Below are positions 26,409-32,000 of a stretch of 32,000 nucleotides of DNA, in pieces. Source of the stretch: Psychrobacter sp. HD31 (GTDB lineage Bacteria > Pseudomonadota > Gammaproteobacteria > Pseudomonadales > Moraxellaceae); the NCBI RefSeq assembly GCF_051097895.1, contig NZ_CP142525.1, positions 1,080,001 through 1,112,000 of the forward strand, read 5' to 3'. The translations under genes were made by a program, and so were the position numbers. Under the pieces are notes generated by a model that was not told where the DNA came from, did no database searches, and was given only the letters and a program-made list of their open reading frames with translations. How positions within the stretch are numbered: the stretch's first letter is position 1; the number at the start of each line of letters is the position of its first letter.

Positions 26409-27629
26409 TTACGCTACATCAATTTTGGTTAATACATAGTCAATATCTTTATCACCACGTCCAGATAAATTCACTAATATTTTTTCATCTGGTGACATGG
26501 TTTTGGCAATCTTCATCGCATAGGCAACCGCATGCGAAGACTCTAATGCAGGGATGATACCTTCTAGACGAGATAGCGCCATAAATGCCTCTAAACATTC
26601 TTTGTCTGTTGCGGTTTCATAACTTACCAGACCTTCATCTTTTAAGTGTGAATGTTGTGGACCTACACCTGGATAGTCAAGTCCCGACGCGATTGAATGA
26701 ACAGGTGCTGGTTCGCCATTTTCATCAAGCAAAACATAGCATTTGAAACCTTGAATTTCTCCCTTAACACCTTTGGTCATTGTGGCAGCATGATGATCGG
26801 TGTCTAAACCTTCACCAGCTGGCTCTACGCCCACTTTTTGCACACTGGCATCTTCAAAAAAGCCACTAAACAAACCGAGTGCATTAGAACCACCGCCAAC
26901 ACAAGCAATTACTTTGTCTGGTAATCCACCTGTGGTAGCAGTAAACTGCTCACGTGCTTCATGCCCAATCACTGACTGAAAGTAGCCAACCATTTCTGGA
27001 TACGGTGCAGGACCAACAACCGAACCAATGGCAAACATGCTATTTTCTAAATCGCCTAAATACGCTTCAAAAGCACTGTCAACAGCTTCTTTTAATGTGC
27101 CTGCACCACGTGACACGGGCACAATTTTAGCACCCAAAATTTTCATACGGCTGACGTTTGGATGCTCTTTTTTAATATCGACCACACCCATGTGGATTTC
27201 GCACTCTAAGCCCATCAATGCAGCAGCAGTGGCCAGTGCAACACCATGTTGCCCTGCGCCCGTTTCGGCAATTACTTTTTTCTTACCCAGTTTTTTTGCC
27301 AATAAAACCTCGCCCAAACAATGGTTGATTTTATGCGCACCTGTGTGGTTTAAATCTTCACGCTTAAAATAAATTTGTGCACCACCACAGTTTTCGCTTA
27401 AGCGTTGTGCATGGTAAATAGGACTGGGGCGACCAATATAAGTGCTACGCAAACGCTTCATTTCTTTAATAAAGTCTTCATCGGCAATGATTTCATGAAA
27501 TCCCTTTTCAATTTCATCCATTGCAATCGCCAATTGAGGATGCTCAATTTTGCCACCAAACTCACCAAATAAACCATTTTTATCAGGTAGTGTTGAATCA
27601 TGTAAGCCGTAGTCTGCATCAAAAGCCAT
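26409..27629 (-). CDS. trpB: Tryptophan synthase beta-chain-like PLP enzyme, stand-alone and divergent
   Basis: [11 protein letters not shown] lysine, [26 protein letters not shown] and LSGRGDKD are retained. The N-terminal [13 protein letters not shown] and GPAPYP deviate from canonical FGEFGGMYVPQIL and GPHPYP. No trpA lies on either side. Confidence 0.85.
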   Translation of the reverse strand: MAFDADYGLHDSTLPDKNGLFGEFGGKIEHPQLAIAMDEIEKGFHEIIADEDFIKEMKRLRSTYIGRPSPIYHAQRLSENCGGAQIYFKREDLNHTGAHKINHCLGEVLLAKKLGKKKVIAETGAGQHGVALATAAALMGLECEIHMGVVDIKKEHPNVSRMKILGAKIVPVSRGAGTLKEAVDSAFEAYLGDLENSMFAIGSVVGPAPYPEMVGYFQSVIGHEAREQFTATTGGLPDKVIACVGGGSNALGLFSGFFEDASVQKVGVEPAGEGLDTDHHAATMTKGVKGEIQGFKCYVLLDENGEPAPVHSIASGLDYPGVGPQHSHLKDEGLVSYETATDKECLEAFMALSRLEGIIPALESSHAVAYAMKIAKTMSPDEKILVNLSGRGDKDIDYVLTKIDVA

Positions 27630-27696
27630 AATAAAACCTTAAAATTATTAAAAACGATAACATTCAAATAAGTTATATCTGAACCAAAATTTATTT

Positions 27697-27733
27697 CACT
27701 GTTCTAGTGTATTGATACAATCATTCTAATCAA
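27697..27733 (-). promoter_or_regulatory. Candidate trpB-like promoter (TTGATT-16-TACACT) with an embedded operator-like motif TACACTAGAACAGTG
   Basis: On the minus strand, TTGATT is at 27733-27728 and TACACT at 27711-27706. The motif contains a CTAG core and the small palindrome CACT-N5-AGTG. Confidence 0.5.
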
Positions 27734-27786
27734 ACAAACATAATATATCAACCCCTTAAATGACTTTTTTAGCAACTTGACTAATT

Positions 27787-27825
27787 ATGACAATTTATCT
27801 ATGATTTCAATATACTAGAACATAA
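27787..27825 (+). promoter_or_regulatory. Candidate trpR-like promoter (ATGACA-18-TATACT; alternative TTGACT-17-TATGAT at 27777-27805) with an embedded motif TATACTAGAACATAA
   Basis: TATACTAGAACA (27811-27822) matches the minus-strand TACACTAGAACA near the trpB-like gene at 11/12 positions. It has the same orientation relative to its own gene. Confidence 0.5.
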
Positions 27826-27864
27826 AACCACACCACCAATAAAACATTCATATAAGCAGAAATT

Positions 27865-28200
27865 ATGACAAACAAAAACTCAAATTCTAAAGATGCATTA
27901 ACGCCCGTTGGACTTGACTCTACCGACAATGCCTACCAGTATTTACTGATGCTATTGGCAAAAAATAACGATACAAAAAAACTATCACAAATACTTGAAG
28001 CCTTGTTAACAGACAAAGAGCAACGCGAGCTTGCTAATCGATTGCGTATTTTTGCTTTACTGCAAGAAGGGAGACCACAAAGAGAAATCAGTGAAAAACT
28101 GGGAGTTGGCATTGCTACGGTTTCTCGTGGTGCAAAGGCTTACCAACAACTGCAGGTTGATGAGTTATTGCCATCTTTGGCTAAAGATCTAACAAGATAA
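27865..28200 (+). CDS. trpR: Trp repressor (TrpR/YerC-YecD) family transcriptional regulator
   Basis: 111 aa. LTDKEQRELANRLRIFALLQEGRPQREISEKLGVGIATVSRGAKAY parallels E. coli TrpR [47 protein letters not shown]. Confidence 0.8.
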   Translation: MTNKNSNSKDALTPVGLDSTDNAYQYLLMLLAKNNDTKKLSQILEALLTDKEQRELANRLRIFALLQEGRPQREISEKLGVGIATVSRGAKAYQQLQVDELLPSLAKDLTR

Positions 28201-28246
28201 ATTTTGCAAACCAAACTTAGCTCATCACCTATTTTAAGATACCATA

Positions 28247-29389
28247 ATGCCAATTAATGACCACGCTGCTTTAACCAACACAAAACTTTTGCCACAACCC
28301 ACAAAACCTGCCATTGTTTGTGCAAAATACAAATCCACCCCTCAAGACTTTATTGTAAATGAGATGCTAGTACTTGATTTTAGCAATCAAGGCGAGCACC
28401 TTTGGTTACTAATAAAAAAAATAGGACTTAACACAACCTATGTGGCAAATGCACTAGCAAAGTGGGCAAAAATACCAAGCAGAGATGTAGGCTACTCTGG
28501 TTTAAAAGACCGCCATGCCGTCACGACCCAATGGTTTAGTTTACGCATCCCAAAAGGTCAGCTGCCTGCAGATCCTTTTGTAATCAATGATATAGAACAA
28601 GGCGAGTTTGCAGAAGTTTTACAACAGCATTGGCACAGCAAAAAATTAAACCGTGGTAGCCATAAATTTAATCAATTTATCATTACTTTACGGAACGTTG
28701 AGGGTGATAAAGCTCAAATTGAGCAAGCATTATCTACAATAAAAAAACAAGGTGTGCCTAACTACTTTGGAGAACAACGATTTGGGCGTTATGGCAACAA
28801 TATTACCAACGTTTTAGAGTGGTTTGAACAAGGCAGCATAGATGGCAAGCCTATCGAAACGACTGTAAAAAAAGGACGATTGAGTAAAAAAGAAAAACAA
28901 GCTGAACGTAAAAATCGCGAGCTAAAATCTATTTTGTTATCGGCAGCGCGTAGTGCTATTTTTAACCAAATATTGGCACAGCGCATACTAAATGAAAGCT
29001 GGCAAACTGGTTTAGATGGCGAGGTATTTAATCTATCAGGTTCTGGTTCGGTATTTGCTAGCATGCAAATGGATGATGAATTGCATGACCGAGTTGCAAA
29101 ACAGGATATTCACCCAACGGGTTCAATGTGGGGAGTTTCAGATGACAATAGCGCCAAACCAACTGGAGTGGCAGCTAAACTAGAAGCTGAGGTTATCGCA
29201 AATTGTGCCACCTTACAGAAGTTGGCACAAGGCTTAGAAAGCAAAGAGTTAAAATCTGCACGCAGACCATTACGGCTTTTAGTACACAATTTAACTTGGC
29301 AATGGCTTGATGACCAAACATTAGTTTTAGACTTTAAACTGCCTGCAGGTAGTTTCGCTACCAGTGTTTTGGCAGGGTTGATACAGTAA
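28247..29389 (+). CDS. truD: tRNA pseudouridine(13) synthase TruD
   Basis: PQDFIVNE, GEHLWLLIKK, the catalytic-Asp context YSGLKDRHAVTTQWF, GVPNYFGEQRFGR, and C-terminal LPAGSFATSVL. It carries a Lys-rich insert of about 30 aa relative to E. coli. Confidence 0.93.
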   Translation: MPINDHAALTNTKLLPQPTKPAIVCAKYKSTPQDFIVNEMLVLDFSNQGEHLWLLIKKIGLNTTYVANALAKWAKIPSRDVGYSGLKDRHAVTTQWFSLRIPKGQLPADPFVINDIEQGEFAEVLQQHWHSKKLNRGSHKFNQFIITLRNVEGDKAQIEQALSTIKKQGVPNYFGEQRFGRYGNNITNVLEWFEQGSIDGKPIETTVKKGRLSKKEKQAERKNRELKSILLSAARSAIFNQILAQRILNESWQTGLDGEVFNLSGSGSVFASMQMDDELHDRVAKQDIHPTGSMWGVSDDNSAKPTGVAAKLEAEVIANCATLQKLAQGLESKELKSARRPLRLLVHNLTWQWLDDQTLVLDFKLPAGSFATSVLAGLIQ

Positions 29390-29536
29390 TCTATCTCTTC
29401 ACTAATTTTATGGTTAATTGATTTAAAACTAAACAGTAAAAAGGGTATAAATTAACTGATTTAAAAATCAACTGCATAATGATAGTACATATACGTCATC
29501 AAATGTTTGAGACTTTTAATAGCTTTAATCAAGAAC

Positions 29537-29566
29537 AAAAAAACCATCCTTAAATGGATGGTTTTT
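29537..29566. terminator. Bidirectional rho-independent terminator between truD and the convergent peptidase gene
   Basis: Stem ccatcc (29544-29549) / ggatgg (29556-29561), extended by an A7/T5 flank so a U-tract follows the stem on either strand. Confidence 0.75.
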
Positions 29567-29586
29567 AGTTATAAACGCTTAACTAA

Positions 29587-32000
29587 TCAACTGACTTTTT
29601 CTACCACAAAGCCCATTTTTTCTAGCTCATCTGCTTTATCAAATGGTGCAATACTTGCTTTGCAGTGTGGCTTATCAGTTAAATATGTTTTTGCCACACG
29701 TTGTAAATCGGCAAGGGTGACATCTAATATATTGGCACGCATTTGATTTTGCCATGCCTCACCTCGCCCATGCAAATCAGCAAAACATGCTTTTACTGCC
29801 TCCCCAGCTGGTGAGCCTGGTTTGTCCATGCCAGATACCACACCCAAAATGGCTTCTTCTAATTGAGCAGGTGTTTGTGGTGCTTCTAACAGCCAATCAA
29901 CACTTACTTTAAAGTGCGCAAAGGTTTCTGCACAATGTGGATCACGGTAACTATAAAACTTAAAGGCGCTGGCATTTGAGTCGTAACTTGCGCCACCACC
30001 ATAAGCACCACCTTTTTCACGAATCGCACTGTGTAGATAGCCATTTCGTAAATAAGGTCCTAACACCAACAAGGCAGCAGCATCTTCATGCCCTGCTGGC
30101 ACAGCCTCATAACTGGCTGCATTGTGATAAACATTGGTTGCAACAAGCCATGCAATGTCATCGCTTTCTGCACGTGTTAAATTGACAGGGTCAATCAAGG
30201 GCTGCTCAGCAAATTCGGTCGGCACATTATTAGCCAAATTATTTAACTCACCATCATCTTTTAACTTAGCATCTAAAGGTTGCGCCCAACTTTGCTCAAT
30301 TAACTGAGTAATGCGTGGTGCTTCTTCTGCTTCACACACAACAACGGCTTGCTTAGGTAAGCTAATAATGGCTTGATGCAATGCCATTAATGCTGTGGCA
30401 AGTTGTTCATACTGCTGTGCATCGTCTTCTGCTTTATCTAAAAATTGTTTTAATGAATGCAACGCAGGCAAACCACTACGCACATATTCAAGGTGCGATT
30501 GTCTGCTCATATTACGTGTTGCTGTTTGCATGGCATAAGCATGCCCAGCACGTGCAATGCGAGATTGCCAGCCAGTTTGTTTTTGTTTTAGCAACTCTTT
30601 AATGCGGTCATGCTCACTAAACACACTGTGGTTCATCACTTCTTTTAATAGCTCAATTGCCTCTGGCTTGCGTTTTAAAGCACGTGTTGCCACCACAAAA
30701 TAACTATGGATGTTATCACTATCATCAATGCCAGTACGTTGGCTAATGCGGGCAGTAACCCCTGATGACATCGCTGCTTGTTTTGCCTGCATTTCTCTAG
30801 AGTCTAGGCTATCTGTACCCAATTCACTAATTAAACCAAGGTACAGTGGCAATAATGGGTGGTTAACAATATCATTTTGCTGAGGCTCACCTGCTTGCCC
30901 AATTAAAGGCACAATCACTTGGTAATAATACAAGCCATTGGTACCCGCTGTGTATTGATACAGCTTACTGGCTTGACCAGACAGTGCCACATTTATGACA
31001 TCGCCTTTTTCAAACCGAATATTGGCAGGCACATCTTCTAAACCAACTTTGGGTAATAATGATAAATCATCTGGCGCCGCCTGACGCTCTGCTAATTCAG
31101 TTGCTTGCTGACGCAACGTGGTTTTATCTTCTTGGGTTAGACTTTGCTCTATTGCATCAAGGCGGGCTTGTTCTGCCTGCGCTTCTTGCTTGCCTTGGTT
31201 ACTGTCTGGCACCAAACTCAAACGCACACGGTGTGGGTTATCAATTAAGTGTTCTTTTAGTAAACTTGGTAACCAAGTTGGATCTTTGACTTGCTCACGC
31301 AACCAATCAAGGTGCTCATTAATTTGCCACACATCAACAGGGTTGCCATCATGAATGGCGGTGCTAAAGGCTTCCATCATTAGGTTTAAGCCATAAGGCA
31401 TAGAGTCACCACCAATGTGACGTTGGTCAATTTCAATTTGGTGTAAGATGGTTTCTATGGTTTCGTTGTCAATTTCTTCAGCTGCAAGTTGAATAAACAA
31501 GTCCATAATACCTTGCTCAACCGCTTCGGCATGTTCTGGCTCGCTGCCACGCACACCGGCATAAAAAACCATTTCATAATGGCTATCATCTAGCCCTAAC
31601 ATTGGCGTGGGCGCAACCGCATACGGATTGCTTTCTAAATAAGCCCGCAGCGGAGAGCCTGCATGCTCTACCAACACACCTTCAAGTAACCTGAGTGCCA
31701 AACGCTGGCGAGGGTCGGTAATGGTGGGTAGCAACCAAGCTAATACATGATGTGTTTGCTCTTTTGTTACTTCATCCACATGGTAGGTTTCAGTCACTTT
31801 AATTGGTGCATTTAGGCGTTCTTCTTTAACCGATGTATGTTTAACGCCCTTACCAAACTCGCTAAGCGCATCTTCATGTAATTTTGTCTGTACTTCAAGT
31901 GCAGGGATGTCGCCAAAACTCATAATCACCGCATTACTTGGATGATAATGGCTTTTATGAAATTGGAGTAATTCTTCATGCGTTAAGTCAGGGATGTCAG
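29587..32000 (-). CDS. M16-family metallopeptidase (M16C / PreP-like insulinase), C-terminal ~804 codons; N-terminus with the zinc motif lies beyond the right edge
   Basis: The track starts at an internal GTG (31929), but the frame stays open to 32000 and reads DIPDLTHEELLQFHKSHYHPSNAVIMSFGDIP, a typical M16C segment. Later segments include YEMVFYAGVRG and IREKGGAYGGGASYD. Confidence 0.85.
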   Translation of the reverse strand, partial: DIPDLTHEELLQFHKSHYHPSNAVIMSFGDIPALEVQTKLHEDALSEFGKGVKHTSVKEERLNAPIKVTETYHVDEVTKEQTHHVLAWLLPTITDPRQRLALRLLEGVLVEHAGSPLRAYLESNPYAVAPTPMLGLDDSHYEMVFYAGVRGSEPEHAEAVEQGIMDLFIQLAAEEIDNETIETILHQIEIDQRHIGGDSMPYGLNLMMEAFSTAIHDGNPVDVWQINEHLDWLREQVKDPTWLPSLLKEHLIDNPHRVRLSLVPDSNQGKQEAQAEQARLDAIEQSLTQEDKTTLRQQATELAERQAAPDDLSLLPKVGLEDVPANIRFEKGDVINVALSGQASKLYQYTAGTNGLYYYQVIVPLIGQAGEPQQNDIVNHPLLPLYLGLISELGTDSLDSREMQAKQAAMSSGVTARISQRTGIDDSDNIHSYFVVATRALKRKPEAIELLKEVMNHSVFSEHDRIKELLKQKQTGWQSRIARAGHAYAMQTATRNMSRQSHLEYVRSGLPALHSLKQFLDKAEDDAQQYEQLATALMALHQAIISLPKQAVVVCEAEEAPRITQLIEQSWAQPLDAKLKDDGELNNLANNVPTEFAEQPLIDPVNLTRAESDDIAWLVATNVYHNAASYEAVPAGHEDAAALLVLGPYLRNGYLHSAIREKGGAYGGGASYDSNASAFKFYSYRDPHCAETFAHFKVSVDWLLEAPQTPAQLEEAILGVVSGMDKPGSPAGEAVKACFADLHGRGEAWQNQMRANILDVTLADLQRVAKTYLTDKPHCKASIAPFDKADELEKMGFVVEKVS

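Noticed and set aside
29414-29470. Near-identical 15-mers TTAATTGATTTAAAA / TTAACTGATTTAAAA and palindrome TGATTTAAAAATCA downstream of truD
   Set aside because: They are composed almost entirely of A/T in an intergenic region between convergent genes. No adjacent promoter would be regulated by them, so they are likely compositional.
29507-29746. 79-aa plus-strand ORF spanning the truD/peptidase intergenic terminator
   Set aside because: It runs through the bidirectional terminator and antisense into the peptidase C-terminus. It has no SD and an implausible sequence.

Overview
AT-rich chromosomal segment of a Gram-negative gammaproteobacterium. Gene content, EF-Tu sequence and E. coli-like synteny blocks tentatively suggest Moraxellaceae. 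It is densely coding, and I found no rRNA, tRNA, CRISPR array, IS element or prophage signature. Housekeeping genes are folC (partial), accD, ftsK, trxB, aat, a rimI-like GNAT, a monocistronic tuf, a class IV branched-chain aminotransferase, truD and a large M16C/PreP-like peptidase (partial). Several accessory modules sit between them: (i) a lipoprotein phospholipase D, then a YdfG-like SDR overlapping a LysE/RhtB exporter, downstream of ftsK; (ii) a Fur-boxed pair of half-size ABC exporters in the positional slot that cydDC occupies in E. coli (trxB-ABC-ABC-aat); (iii) a five-gene minus-strand unit of tandem-PepSY protein, orphan secreted protein, OmpR-type regulator, sensor kinase and TPMT-like methyltransferase, with an exact (GGTCA)5 microsatellite just 5' of the second gene; (iv) an overlapping pair of a fold-type-III PLP enzyme and a GULO/ALO-type FAD oxidase; (v) a divergent stand-alone TrpB-like gene transcribed divergently from a TrpR-family repressor, with the same TAYACTAGAACA motif embedded in both candidate promoters. 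A 26-bp perfect palindrome overlaps the predicted accD promoter. Several intrinsic terminators can be assigned to a strand because stem mismatches become G-U wobbles on one strand only. All functional calls rest on motif recognition by eye. No database search or computation was run.
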